A model generated the notes under the pieces. That model did not search any database, was not told where the DNA came from, and was given only the letters and a program-made list of their open reading frames with translations. The position numbers were made by a program, and so were the translations under genes. 32,000 nucleotides of DNA from Ferroglobus placidus DSM 10642. GTDB lineage: Archaea > Halobacteriota > Archaeoglobi > Archaeoglobales > Archaeoglobaceae. The DNA is taken from the NCBI RefSeq assembly GCF_000025505.1, contig NC_013849.1, forward strand, positions 1,710,001-1,742,000, given 5' to 3'. Shown one piece after another: positions 1 to 9,353 of the stretch; positions within the stretch are counted from its first letter, which is position 1; each line of letters begins with the position of its first letter.

Positions 1-360
1 AATCTGGGATGCGAGGTTGTTAGAGGAACGGGAAGAGGGTACATGGAAGACTTGTTTTTTGCGATCGAAGAGTACTCGATCTCCAAACCTTTTCTTGCGT
101 TGAACTCGGATCTTTACTACTATAAAAAAGGGTTTGTTTCCGAGGTAATTGCTGAGTACTTTAAAATAACATCTCCGGCTTTAAGCGTTAGATACGAGGA
201 CGGAAGACCCGTTGGAATAAACGTATTCGATCCTTTTTTTGGTGAGCAGGAAGAGGAAATTTTTATTACAAGCGAAAAAGTAGTTCTTAACGTAGACACT
301 TTCGAGGACTTAAAGGTGTTGGGATGGACGAGTACTTTGAAAGAAGGAGGAGGATGGTAG
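1..360 (+). CDS. cobY: 3' part of a CobY-like GTP:adenosylcobinamide-phosphate guanylyltransferase / MobA-like NTP transferase (truncated at window start)
   Basis: Frame stays open upstream of the ATG at 43 to base 1: [38 protein letters not shown]...; C-terminus [12 protein letters not shown] resembles the NVNTPEDL motif of small NTP transferases. The track start at 43 is probably internal. TAG at 358-360. Confidence 0.5.
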   Translation, partial: NLGCEVVRGTGRGYMEDLFFAIEEYSISKPFLALNSDLYYYKKGFVSEVIAEYFKITSPALSVRYEDGRPVGINVFDPFFGEQEEEIFITSEKVVLNVDTFEDLKVLGWTSTLKEGGGW

Positions 361-971
361 AGAAATTGAAGGAGGAGCTGAACATAAGCGATAGGGTAGC
401 TGAAGCTATGCTAAAAGTTCCTCGCCACCTTTTTGTTCCGCCCGAATACAGAAGAGAAGCTTACAACGACTATCCTTTGCCGATAGGCTACGATCAGACT
501 ATAAGCGCTCCTCACATGGTTGCGATAATGTGCGAGCTTCTTGATTTGAAAGAAGGAATGAAGGTGCTTGAGATCGGCACAGGAAGCGGATATCATGCGG
601 CTGTCGTTGCCGAGCTCGTGGGAAAGAGGGGAAAGGTAATAACCGTAGAGAGAATTCCCGAGCTCGCTAAGAGAGCTGAAAAAACGCTTAAAGAGCTCGG
701 ATACGATAACGTTATCGTTGTTGTTGGGGATGGGAGCGAAGGTTACGAAAAAGAAGCTCCCTACGACAGAATTTACGTTACAGCCACAGCCCCAGACGTT
801 CCTCCTCCGCTCATCGAGCAGCTTAAGGAAGGAGGAAAGATGGTGATTCCCATCGGCAACTTTAGCCAGTACTTGTATTTGATCGAAAAGAAAAAGGGGA
901 AAATAGAGAAGAGGAACATGGGTCCTGTTAGGTTCGTTCCCCTCATAGGCAAGTTCGGTTTCAAGGATTGA
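324..971 (+). CDS. pcm: Protein-L-isoaspartate O-methyltransferase
   Basis: ORF with [42 protein letters not shown] and [18 protein letters not shown], the classic Pcm/SAM-binding signatures; overlaps the previous ORF. Confidence 0.95.
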   Translation: MDEYFERRRRMVEKLKEELNISDRVAEAMLKVPRHLFVPPEYRREAYNDYPLPIGYDQTISAPHMVAIMCELLDLKEGMKVLEIGTGSGYHAAVVAELVGKRGKVITVERIPELAKRAEKTLKELGYDNVIVVVGDGSEGYEKEAPYDRIYVTATAPDVPPPLIEQLKEGGKMVIPIGNFSQYLYLIEKKKGKIEKRNMGPVRFVPLIGKFGFKD

Positions 972-1010
972 ATCAGTAGGATTTATAAACTTTGAACTTA
1001 AAAAAGCTTT

Positions 1011-1967
1011 ATGGAAACGCTAATTCTCACGAAAAGAGACGTCGAGAGTCTTTTAACGATGGAAGAGACGATAGCTGCTGTAGAGACTGCTTTTAGACTC
1101 CACGGAGAGAAAAAAGTTCAAATGCCTCCGAAGATGTATCTAACTTTTGAAGAGGGAGATTTAAGGGCGATGCCAGCTCAGGTTGGAAATTGGGCTGGAA
1201 TAAAGTGGGTGAATTCCCATCCGAAAAATCCGGAGAAAGGTTTGCCGACGGTTATGGCAGTTTTTATCCTCAACGACCCCTCTACTGGTTTTCCTCTCTC
1301 TATAATGGACGCGACTCACCTAACAAACATGCGCACCGGTGCTGCTGGGGCTGTGGCTGTGAAATATCTCGCGCCAAAAAATGCTGAGAGCGTCGGTTTT
1401 ATCGGGTGCGGAGTCCAAGCGAGATTTCAGTTTCTGGCTTTGAAAGAAGTTATGGACGTTTCTTTCGTCAGAGCTTACGATATAAGAAGTGAGACTACTG
1501 AAAACTTCGTCAACTTCGTCAAATCCTTTGGAGTCGATGCTGAAGTAGCTGAGGCTGAAAAAGTTTGCAAATGCGACGTCCTCGTAACTACCACCCCGAG
1601 CAGAAAGCCGGTGGTAAAGGATGAGTGGATCGAAGCTTTGCACATCAACGCCATAGGCGCTGACGCTCCCGGGAAACAGGAATTGGAGGAAAAAACGCTT
1701 CTAAGGGCGAAGATAGTCGTTGATGACATGGAGCAAGCTTTGCACAGCGGAGAAATCAACGTGGCGATATCCAAGGGAATCTTAAAGCCGGAAGACATCT
1801 ACGCAACTCTTGGAGAAATTGTGGCTGGTAAAAAGAAGGGGAGAGAGAATGATGAGCTGACGATTTTCGATTCCACGGGCTTGGCGATACAAGATGTTGC
1901 GACAGCTTCGGTTGTTTACGAGAAGGCTATTAAAGAAGGTTACGGAATCAAGCTGAGGATGTTTTGA
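1011..1967 (+). CDS. ala: Ornithine cyclodeaminase / alanine dehydrogenase family protein (archaeal Ala type)
   Basis: 318 aa; MQMPPKMYL-like region, SIMDATHLTNMRTGAAGAVAVKYLAPKNAESVGFIGCGVQARFQ, VTTTPSRKPVV; typical OCD/mu-crystallin family. Confidence 0.85.
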   Translation: METLILTKRDVESLLTMEETIAAVETAFRLHGEKKVQMPPKMYLTFEEGDLRAMPAQVGNWAGIKWVNSHPKNPEKGLPTVMAVFILNDPSTGFPLSIMDATHLTNMRTGAAGAVAVKYLAPKNAESVGFIGCGVQARFQFLALKEVMDVSFVRAYDIRSETTENFVNFVKSFGVDAEVAEAEKVCKCDVLVTTTPSRKPVVKDEWIEALHINAIGADAPGKQELEEKTLLRAKIVVDDMEQALHSGEINVAISKGILKPEDIYATLGEIVAGKKKGRENDELTIFDSTGLAIQDVATASVVYEKAIKEGYGIKLRMF

Positions 1968-2632
1968 TGAGGCTCGCGGCTTTCGTTTCTGGCGGGAAAG
2001 ATTCGATGCTCGCTTTACACAAAGCGAGTGAAAAGCACGAAGTAGTTTGTTTAATAGCGGTTAAACCGGCAAATCCAGACTCCTACATGTTTCACACGGT
2101 CAACGTCGATTTAGTTGACTACATCGCTATTTGTTTGGAAAAACCACTCTACAAAATTTTTGTTTCGGGAGAGAAGGAAAAGGAAGTTGAGGAGGTTTCT
2201 AAGGCTTTGAGCAATTTGAACGTGGACGGAATAGTTATAGGAGGAATTGAAAGCGAGTATCAAAAGAGGAGGTTCGAGAAAATTTGCGAAGAGAACGGAT
2301 TGAAGATGCTCGCTCCTTTGTGGAAGAAAAATCCCGAAGAAATTTTAAAAGAGGTAGCTGAAAAGTTTGAAGCTGTAATAGTAAAGGTTTCGGCTGAGGG
2401 ACTCGACGAAGAATGGCTCGGAAAGAGAATTGATCTAAAAGCCGTGGAAAAACTTTTGGAGTTGAATAAAAAGTACGGGATACATCCTGCAGGAGAGGGT
2501 GGCGAATTCGAAACTCTCGTTTTAAATGCTCCACTTTACAAGAAAAAGTTGAAAATAAACAGATGGAGAATTCAAAAAGAAGCTTTAGCTTCTTCACTCA
2601 TCGTTGAAGAAATTGAACTCGAGAGTAAATAA
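1964..2632 (+). CDS. Dph6-type diphthine--ammonia ligase / ATP-pyrophosphatase (MJ0570-like)
   Basis: N-terminus MRLAAFVSGGKDSMLALHKA (PP-loop SGGKDS); later GGEGGEFETLVLNAPLY-like motif (PAGEGGEFETLVLNAPLYKK). ATGA overlap with the upstream gene. Confidence 0.85.
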   Translation: MMRLAAFVSGGKDSMLALHKASEKHEVVCLIAVKPANPDSYMFHTVNVDLVDYIAICLEKPLYKIFVSGEKEKEVEEVSKALSNLNVDGIVIGGIESEYQKRRFEKICEENGLKMLAPLWKKNPEEILKEVAEKFEAVIVKVSAEGLDEEWLGKRIDLKAVEKLLELNKKYGIHPAGEGGEFETLVLNAPLYKKKLKINRWRIQKEALASSLIVEEIELESK

Positions 2633-2680
2633 AGAGAAAGATTTATCTATGAGCCTTTCTTATCTGTTTAAGGTGATGGG

Positions 2681-3067
2681 ATGAGCTGCGAGAACGATCT
2701 GTTTTGCGGGATAAACAGCGTCGCTGGCAAAAGCGTTGATGAAATGACCGAGCTTGAAAAGAAGCACACTCCGGTAATAACCGCTCCGGATAAAGTTAAG
2801 GCTGGAGAACCTTTCGAAGTTAAAGTTGAAACGGGAGTTTACGTCAAGCATCCAAACGAATACGGACACTACTTCTCCTGGATCGAAGTATACTTAGACG
2901 ACACTCCAGTGGCAAGATTCGATCTTCAGCCGGTGATGAGTTCGCCGTCGGTTACCGTTAAAGTTACTGCCACCCACTCCCATGAAGGAAAGAGAAAAAT
3001 TAAAGCCCGTGCCTTCTGCAACCTTCATGGGGTGTGGGAAAACGAAAAAGAAGTAGAGGTGGAGTGA
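2681..3067 (+). CDS. sor: Superoxide reductase (neelaredoxin/desulfoferrodoxin C-terminal type)
   Basis: 128 aa: EKKHTPVI...GVYVKHPNEYGHYFSWIEVYLDD...ATHSHEGKRKIKARAFCNLHGVWENE, the His/Cys Fe-centre ligand pattern of SOR. Confidence 0.92.
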   Translation: MSCENDLFCGINSVAGKSVDEMTELEKKHTPVITAPDKVKAGEPFEVKVETGVYVKHPNEYGHYFSWIEVYLDDTPVARFDLQPVMSSPSVTVKVTATHSHEGKRKIKARAFCNLHGVWENEKEVEVE

Positions 3068-3229
3068 ATGGCGAGATACCAATGTAAGGTTTGTGGCTAC
3101 GTGTACGACGAAAACGAGGGAGATCCGGACAACGACATCCCGCCGGGAACCAAGTGGGAGGATTTGCCGGAAGACTGGGTTTGTCCCGTTTGTGGAGCAA
3201 GCAAAGAAGATTTCGAAAGGATTGAATAG
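3068..3229 (+). CDS. rub: Rubredoxin (53 aa; below ORF-track length threshold)
   Basis: Manual translation: [53 protein letters not shown], with two CxxCG knuckles. ATG directly abuts the TGA of the superoxide reductase gene. Confidence 0.96.
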   Translation: MARYQCKVCGYVYDENEGDPDNDIPPGTKWEDLPEDWVCPVCGASKEDFERIE

Positions 3230-3263
3230 TCCTCTTTTCTTTTAATTTTTTGAGGTGAGGTGA

Positions 3264-4424
3264 ATGAAGATAGCGGATAATGTGTACTGGGTAGGTGTTG
3301 TGGACTGGAACGTAAGGGACTTTCACGGATACAGCACGATGTACGGCACGTCCTACAACGCTTATCTGATCAAAGATGAGAAGGTTGTTTTAATCGATAC
3401 AGTGAAGTTCGGGTTTGAGGAGGACCTTCTTGGAAAAATTGAGGAGATAACTGACAGAATTGATTATGTCGTCGTCAATCACGTCGAAATGGATCATGCC
3501 GGAGCTTTGAAAGCCGTTCTCGAAAAGTATCCTGAAGCGAAGATAGTCACCAATGCGAGGGGGAAGAGAGGATTAAAGGAGGCTTACGGAATAGAAAGAG
3601 ATGTTGAAGTTGTTAAGACCGGAGATAGGTTGAAGATAGGAAAGCAGGAGCTCATGTTTATAGAGACGCCTATGGTTCATTGGCCGGACAGCATGGCAAC
3701 TTATCTAATTGAGCAGAAAATACTCTTTCCGAACGACGCTTTCGGTATGCATTACGCAAGCTCCAAGCTAATTGATGTCGAACTTAGCGAAGAAGACCTT
3801 GAAAAGGTATTCTTCGAGGCGGCGAAGTACTACGCTAACATAGTTCTGCCTTACAGCCAGCAGGTGAGGAAGGTTTTGGATGAACTTAAAAAGATTGAGT
3901 TGAAAATGATCTGCCCTTCCCACGGAATAATATGGAAGGACAACATAGAAAAAATCGTCAAAAAGTACGATGAGTGGAGCAGCGGAAAGGCTGATAGAAA
4001 AATTGTAATTGCCTACGATTCGATGTGGGGTTACACCGAGAAAGCTCTGAAGAAGATCGTTGAAGGAATTGAGGAAGTGGGCGTGCCTTACAGAATTTAC
4101 AAGCTTAGAAATTCGGATTTCACTGAGCTGATGGCAGAAGTGATGCAGTCGAAGGGGTTGATAGTTGGCAGTTCAACTCTGAACAGAGAAATCTTCCCGA
4201 GCGTTGCAGCGTTTTTAACTTACATGAAGGGTTTGAAACCTTTTGACAAGGTTGCAGCAGCTTTCGGAAGCTACGGATGGAGCGGAGAGGCTGTAGATAA
4301 GATAGTGCAGGTTTTCAAGGAGCTCAACTTCGAAGTTGTCGGAGCTGTCAAGTTCAGATTCAGCAGCGATGAGAAGTCGGAGGAGCTGAAAGAGCTGGGA
4401 AGAAAATTGGCTGAGAAGCTATGA
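3264..4424 (+). CDS. fprA: A-type flavoprotein / flavodiiron protein (FprA; O2/NO reductase, possibly F420H2 oxidase)
   Basis: 386 aa; metallo-beta-lactamase part NHVEMDHAGALKAV, HWPDSMATYL, PSHGIIW; C-terminal flavodoxin IAYDSMWGYTEKAL...FGSYGWSGEA. Confidence 0.93.
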   Translation: MKIADNVYWVGVVDWNVRDFHGYSTMYGTSYNAYLIKDEKVVLIDTVKFGFEEDLLGKIEEITDRIDYVVVNHVEMDHAGALKAVLEKYPEAKIVTNARGKRGLKEAYGIERDVEVVKTGDRLKIGKQELMFIETPMVHWPDSMATYLIEQKILFPNDAFGMHYASSKLIDVELSEEDLEKVFFEAAKYYANIVLPYSQQVRKVLDELKKIELKMICPSHGIIWKDNIEKIVKKYDEWSSGKADRKIVIAYDSMWGYTEKALKKIVEGIEEVGVPYRIYKLRNSDFTELMAEVMQSKGLIVGSSTLNREIFPSVAAFLTYMKGLKPFDKVAAAFGSYGWSGEAVDKIVQVFKELNFEVVGAVKFRFSSDEKSEELKELGRKLAEKL

Positions 4425-5452
4425 GGGGCATTTTAATTTCTTCCGTTGAAGAGAAAGCTGGAAAAACCTCGTTGATTCTCGCTCTAAACGAAATTTTTTC
4501 AGGCTATAAAACCGCTTACTTCAAACCCTTCGGAACGAGTCCGGTTAGAGAGGGAGAATACTTGGTGGACGAGGATTTGAAAGTAGTCGAGGGGAATTTC
4601 AGCAAGAGCTCGAATCCCATCGTCCTTGACATGCCCTACGCCGAGTTCGTTTATTCGAGCGATTCCGTTGAGTTGAAGAAGGCTATAATCGAAGCTTACG
4701 AGGAGCTTGATGCGGATATTGTTTTCGTGGAAGGCTCTTCCGAATACAAGGTTGGAAAGTCCCTCGGCATTAGCGATGATATGGTTGCGGAAATTCTCGA
4801 TTTGAAAGTGTTACTCGTCGCAAAATACTCGAACGACTTCGTGATAGACAGGGTTCTTACGGCGAAGGATGTTTTTAAGGAGAGGTTGCGGAAAGTTTTA
4901 ATCAACCAGCTTACTGGGTACAAAACCTCCTACGTGAGTGCTGTAGTCGGGAAGGTTTTCGCTGAAAACGATCTTAGCGTTGTTGGCGTTTTGCCGAGGG
5001 ACCCCCTTCTCGCGGGAATGTCCGTCGAAGATGTGAGGAGAGCGGTGGAAGGGGAATTTGTTGTTAAGGCTGAGGAAGGGATAATCGAGCATTTCATAAT
5101 CGGTGCGATGTCGAAGAAGTCTGCTGAGAAGTTTTTAGCAGGAAAGGATAACTTGGCAGTAATTACCGGCGGAGACAGAAAAGACATTCAGCTTCTCGCA
5201 TTAGATTACGACAACGTCAGGTGCTTAATTCTCACCGGAAACCTTTATCCGGAGAGGGAAGTGGCAGAGAAAGCGAGAAAGAGAGGAGTTTCGATAATAG
5301 TCGTTCCAGAAGACACTTTAACAACCACCGAGCAGCTTGAGGAAGCTATGAGGAAGGCTAAAATAAGGGGGAAGGAGAAGATAAAGAGAATGGTTGAGCT
5401 CGTTAAAATGCACGTGAACGTTGATGAGATAGATAAATACATTTTCGACTGA
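4421..5452 (+). CDS. BioD-like P-loop protein with DRTGG domain (phosphotransacetylase N-terminal-like, COG0857 type)
   Basis: 343 aa; MRGILISSVEEKAGKTSLILALNEI (degenerate P-loop), FVEGSS, LLVAKY, C-terminal IGAMS..AVITGGDRKDIQLLAL..NVRCLILTGNLYPE..VVPEDTLTT. ATGA overlap with fprA. Confidence 0.75.
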   Translation: MRGILISSVEEKAGKTSLILALNEIFSGYKTAYFKPFGTSPVREGEYLVDEDLKVVEGNFSKSSNPIVLDMPYAEFVYSSDSVELKKAIIEAYEELDADIVFVEGSSEYKVGKSLGISDDMVAEILDLKVLLVAKYSNDFVIDRVLTAKDVFKERLRKVLINQLTGYKTSYVSAVVGKVFAENDLSVVGVLPRDPLLAGMSVEDVRRAVEGEFVVKAEEGIIEHFIIGAMSKKSAEKFLAGKDNLAVITGGDRKDIQLLALDYDNVRCLILTGNLYPEREVAEKARKRGVSIIVVPEDTLTTTEQLEEAMRKAKIRGKEKIKRMVELVKMHVNVDEIDKYIFD

Positions 5453-7096
5453 TCACATTCTTTCCGGTGCTTCTATTCCGAGCAATTCGAGTCCGTTTCT
5501 CAGAACTATCCTCGTCGCGTCGACTATAGCAAGCCTGTGCATCCTTATCCTTTTATCGTCAACGAGAACCTGATGATCCGTGTAGAAGTCGTTGAAAGCG
5601 TTGGCAACGCTCATGAGGTATTCGGCAAAGACGCTCGGCTTCAGCTCGTTGACGGCTTTTTCAAGATAGAAAGAAAACTTAGACAATCTCATCACGAGTT
5701 CTCTCTCTTTCTTCGTAATTATTGCCGGATCGAATTCCAGCTCAGTTCTTCCAGCTTCTACAGCCTTTCTGAGTATGCTGCAAGCTCTTGCGTGGCTGTA
5801 CTGTATGTAGCTTGCAGTCTGTCTTTCAAAGTCGAGTGCTTTGCTCCAGTCGAAGGTGAAAGGTTTTTCCGGTGAAACCTTCACGAAATCGTACCTTATC
5901 GCTCCTACAGCAACTATCTTCGCTATCCTCTCGTCTACGCTTCCTCTTTCTCTCAAAATCTTTTTAGCCTCTTCAAACGTTTTCTCAAGAAGCTCGTCAG
6001 CTGAAACGAACTTACCTTTCCTCGTGCTCATCGACCCTTCAGGCAGAGAAACGAACTCGAAAAACAAAACTTCTGGAGGTTTTAAACCGAGCAATTCGAG
6101 TATTTTCGAAAGCTGTTCTGAGTAAAGCTTGTGATCAGCACCGAGGACGTTGATAAACCTCTCGAAGTTCTCGTTCTTCCACAGGTGGTAGGCAAGGTCT
6201 CTTGTTATGTATAAAGTCGTTCCGTTCTCCCTTCTCAGGATTACTTCCTTCTCTATTCCGTAATCTTTGAGATCGACCTTCCAAACGTCGTCTTTTTCCA
6301 GCAACCCTTTCTCCTCGAGCATTCTTAGGATTCTCTCAACGTAGCCGTTCCTCACGAAATCGGATTCGTATATGAAATCATCGTGGTGGATATCGAACTT
6401 TTCGAGAGTTTCTTTTATTCCCTCCAAAGCCTTGTCAACAACGAACCTGAACTTTTCTGAGATTTCCTCATCTCCCCTCTCGAATTTCAGCATAAGCTCG
6501 TCAACTTCTTTTTCGAGCTCTGGATTTTCCTCAATGTCTCTGTTTATCCTTATGTATGCTTCCGCTACCGCGTGATCTGGCTTTTTCTCGCTCAATCCGT
6601 ACTTCAAGTAACCTAAGACTGCCGCCGCTATTTGCCTTCCCATGTCGTTTACGTAGTAGTGAGTTGTGACTCTCATTCCCGCTTTTTCCATCATTCTGGC
6701 TAAAGTGTCTCCTATAATCGCGTTCCTGAGATGACCGACGTGAAGAGGTCCGTCGGGATTTGCTGAGGTGTGCTCTATTAAAACTTCTCCTCCAAGGTTT
6801 AGGCTACCGTAGTTCTCGTCCTCGTCGAGAATTCTTTCTACAGTGTCTGAAAGAAACTCCTCGTTTACGAAAAAGTTTATGTAACCGTTCACAACTTCGA
6901 CGCTGCCAATGTACGTGCTTCTTTCGAACTCGATTTCGGAAACGAGCTCTTCAGCAACCTTTTGAGGAGGTTCTTTCCTCTCTTTCGCAATTTTAAAGGC
7001 TATGGTTGTCGACAAGTCGGCAAACTCGCTCTCTCTGATGTACTTGTCCTCGCAGTTCAGGAGCTTTTTGACCTCTTTGTAGAACGCTCTGAACAT
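5453..7096 (-). CDS. argS: Arginyl-tRNA synthetase
   Basis: 547 aa; HTSANPDGPLHVGHLRNAIIGDTLARMMEKAG and VSLPEGSMSTRKGKFV, C-terminal anticodon-binding domain ending RNGLELLGIEAPERM. Confidence 0.97.
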   Translation of the reverse strand: MFRAFYKEVKKLLNCEDKYIRESEFADLSTTIAFKIAKERKEPPQKVAEELVSEIEFERSTYIGSVEVVNGYINFFVNEEFLSDTVERILDEDENYGSLNLGGEVLIEHTSANPDGPLHVGHLRNAIIGDTLARMMEKAGMRVTTHYYVNDMGRQIAAAVLGYLKYGLSEKKPDHAVAEAYIRINRDIEENPELEKEVDELMLKFERGDEEISEKFRFVVDKALEGIKETLEKFDIHHDDFIYESDFVRNGYVERILRMLEEKGLLEKDDVWKVDLKDYGIEKEVILRRENGTTLYITRDLAYHLWKNENFERFINVLGADHKLYSEQLSKILELLGLKPPEVLFFEFVSLPEGSMSTRKGKFVSADELLEKTFEEAKKILRERGSVDERIAKIVAVGAIRYDFVKVSPEKPFTFDWSKALDFERQTASYIQYSHARACSILRKAVEAGRTELEFDPAIITKKERELVMRLSKFSFYLEKAVNELKPSVFAEYLMSVANAFNDFYTDHQVLVDDKRIRMHRLAIVDATRIVLRNGLELLGIEAPERM

Positions 7097-8314
7097 TTAC
7101 TCCACCTTGTATCTGAGTATTGCAGCTATTCCTCCAAAAGCGTTCATCAGCATAGCTCCTTCCTCTGATTCAGTTGAGACGAAAACGACCTTTGCTCCAG
7201 AAGCTTCAGCAAGCTCGGCAAGCTCCATAACGACGTCTTTCCTCTCAACTTCCTCCATTTCCACGTTGTCATTCTCGCAGTACATCTTCTTGCTCGTGTT
7301 GTCCTTCAGAGTCACTTCTACAGTTTTGCCACACTTCGGGCATCTGTAGGTTACTCTTTCGTATCTCAGGTCTTCGGAGATTAGTAGTGTATCTACTGCT
7401 CCGTAGCTAAGGTATTTCCTCACCTCTTCCTCTCCATAAGCAGCCAATCCGTCTTTGACGACTTCTTTGAGGAACCTGTTCATTATCTTCTTCTCCTTTA
7501 TTATGTCCAGCTCCTGAAGAACATCTTCTGCTTTTTCCACAAGCTCGTACAAACCGCTTTCGTCTGTATAGCCGACGTCGAAAAGCCCGAGAACTTTCCT
7601 CTGAAGCTCGTGATGCAAGTATTCTCCCTCGTAAAACTCCTCTTTCGTAGGAGAGGGACCTCCTATCAATATTCCTTCGAGTTCGTCTTTAATCGGAAGG
7701 AATGCCTCGTTCGCTTTGTCTCCAACTCTTTTGTAGAACTCGTGGATAGCAATTTCTCTCAGCCTTTCGAATCTGACGCTGCTCTGCCCTCCCTGCCTGT
7801 GCTTCCCGGGAACGTTGGAAGTGGCGTGGGCGAGAACTTCAATTCTGTTTCCCCTCAAAACACCTATCGTTGCCTCTCTTCTATCGAGCACTATTAAGCC
7901 GTAAACTTTCTTCTCCTTCAGCATTTCTTTTAGCGGTTCAAGATAAAACCTCGAATCGCAGTGGTACTTGTACATGGGAACCGGCTCGGGGGGAATTATT
8001 ATTTCGGTTATGTGCTTCTCTTTTCCTCCTCCCAAGTCTATTACTCCACTTATTATCACCATTCCGTTCTCAGGTGGCTTTTTGAACATCTTCAACCTCT
8101 GCAGAATAGCCTCAAGCCCAGCTAAAACGTTCGTTCTCGTCTGCTTCGATTTGATGTTCGAAGCTTGGCTGAGCTCGTTTCTAAGCTGGTTTGCAACGTC
8201 TGCTATATTTTTATTTGGAGGAATGTAAAGGGTGATGAGTTCAGTTCCTCTACCTTTGTATTTTTCGAGCTCTTCGAGCTTCCTCTTGAACTCGTATTTA
8301 AGCTTGGCGTCCAT
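7097..8314 (-). CDS. prf1: Archaeal peptide chain release factor subunit 1 (aRF1)
   Basis: 405 aa; contains NIKS (EASNIKSKQTR) and GGQ (GKHRQGGQSSVRFER) motifs. Confidence 0.97.
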   Translation of the reverse strand: MDAKLKYEFKRKLEELEKYKGRGTELITLYIPPNKNIADVANQLRNELSQASNIKSKQTRTNVLAGLEAILQRLKMFKKPPENGMVIISGVIDLGGGKEKHITEIIIPPEPVPMYKYHCDSRFYLEPLKEMLKEKKVYGLIVLDRREATIGVLRGNRIEVLAHATSNVPGKHRQGGQSSVRFERLREIAIHEFYKRVGDKANEAFLPIKDELEGILIGGPSPTKEEFYEGEYLHHELQRKVLGLFDVGYTDESGLYELVEKAEDVLQELDIIKEKKIMNRFLKEVVKDGLAAYGEEEVRKYLSYGAVDTLLISEDLRYERVTYRCPKCGKTVEVTLKDNTSKKMYCENDNVEMEEVERKDVVMELAELAEASGAKVVFVSTESEEGAMLMNAFGGIAAILRYKVE

Positions 8315-9053
8315 CCAACCACCTCTCTACTCTTTTCTGCCAAGATCTTATCGCTCTTAGCAAGTCTATTCTTCTGAACTCCGGCCAGTACACGTCGCAG
8401 AAGTAAGCGTATTTTGAAGCGGATTGCCAGATGAGGAAGTTCGACAACCTCATCTCTTTTCCCGTTCTGATTATTATATCCACGGGCATATTTTCGTAGA
8501 GGTTTTCTTCTATCATTTTGAGGTCTATCTCCTCTGCTTTTACCTCGCCATTTAAAACTTTTTCCAACACCTTTCTTACAGCTTCAGCTATTTCTTGCCT
8601 CGCTCCGTAGGCTATGGCAATGTTTAGCCTGAAGTTGTCGTATTCTTTCGTCCTTTTTTCAACGAAAGAGGCAGCTTCTAAAACGTATTTTGGTAAAAGC
8701 TCCTTTTTTCCGATTATTCGAACTTTTACTCTGTTCCTGTGAATTCTCTTGTCTTCAGCGAGTCTGAAAAGCTCTCTTCTAATTAGCTGAAACAAATTTC
8801 TCTTCTCCTCCTCATTTCTTTTAAAGTTTTCAGTCGAAAAAGCAAAGACTGTCAGCGTTTTAATTCCAAGCTCGTAGCACCACTCGAGAACCTTCTCAGC
8901 TTTTTTCGATCCAAAAAAATGTCCCATCTGGGGAGGTAATCCCCTCTTTCTTGCGTACCTTCTATTTCCGTCCATTATTATCGCAATGTGATTTGGCAAC
9001 CTCTTCTTCTTAACCTCTCTTTCTAAAAGGAGCTCGTAAATTTTCCTTATCAT
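8298..9053 (-). CDS. uppS: Polyprenyl diphosphate synthase, cis-prenyltransferase (UppS family)
   Basis: 251 aa; PNHIAIIMDGNRRYARKRGLPPQMGHFFGSKKAEKVLEW, LTVFAFSTENFKR, DIIIRTGKEMRLSNFLIWQSASKYAYFCDVYWPEF. Confidence 0.95.
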   Translation of the reverse strand: MIRKIYELLLEREVKKKRLPNHIAIIMDGNRRYARKRGLPPQMGHFFGSKKAEKVLEWCYELGIKTLTVFAFSTENFKRNEEEKRNLFQLIRRELFRLAEDKRIHRNRVKVRIIGKKELLPKYVLEAASFVEKRTKEYDNFRLNIAIAYGARQEIAEAVRKVLEKVLNGEVKAEEIDLKMIEENLYENMPVDIIIRTGKEMRLSNFLIWQSASKYAYFCDVYWPEFRRIDLLRAIRSWQKRVERWLDGRQA

Positions 9054-9349
9054 TTTTTCTCGAACTCCTGCAAGATTTCTTTAACTACGCTTTCGTACTC
9101 CTTTTTTAGATAATATTTGTTCTTCTCTCCGATTTCAAGCTTTAATATTCCGAGTCTCGCGCTCATCAATCCAACCATTGCCGAAACTCCCCGAATGTTC
9201 AAGTTGTATCCCATTTCTGCGAGTCTTTTCTGAATTTCTTCGGTAGTAAGCTTTTCCCCGCTAAGGACGATTTTAAGGAGAGCCCTTCTTATTCCGCTCC
9301 TATCTCTTTCCAAATACTTCCTTAGCCTTCTTATAACCTCCTCGTTCAC
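9050..9349 (-). CDS. DUF2551-like winged-helix protein
   Basis: 99 aa; RKYLERDRSGIRRALLKIVLSGEKLTTEEIQKRL...NIRGVSAMVGLMSARLGILKLE; family name from recall, not searched. ATGA overlap with uppS. Confidence 0.6.
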   Translation of the reverse strand: MNEEVIRRLRKYLERDRSGIRRALLKIVLSGEKLTTEEIQKRLAEMGYNLNIRGVSAMVGLMSARLGILKLEIGEKNKYYLKKEYESVVKEILQEFEKK

Positions 9350-9353
9350 GAAC

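Noticed and set aside
411-964. Minus-strand ORFs inside pcm
   Set aside because: Antisense to a strongly supported gene, low-complexity Ser/Phe-rich translations, no motifs; same reasoning applied to the other shadow ORFs inside argS, aRF1, lysS, trp and manC-like genes.
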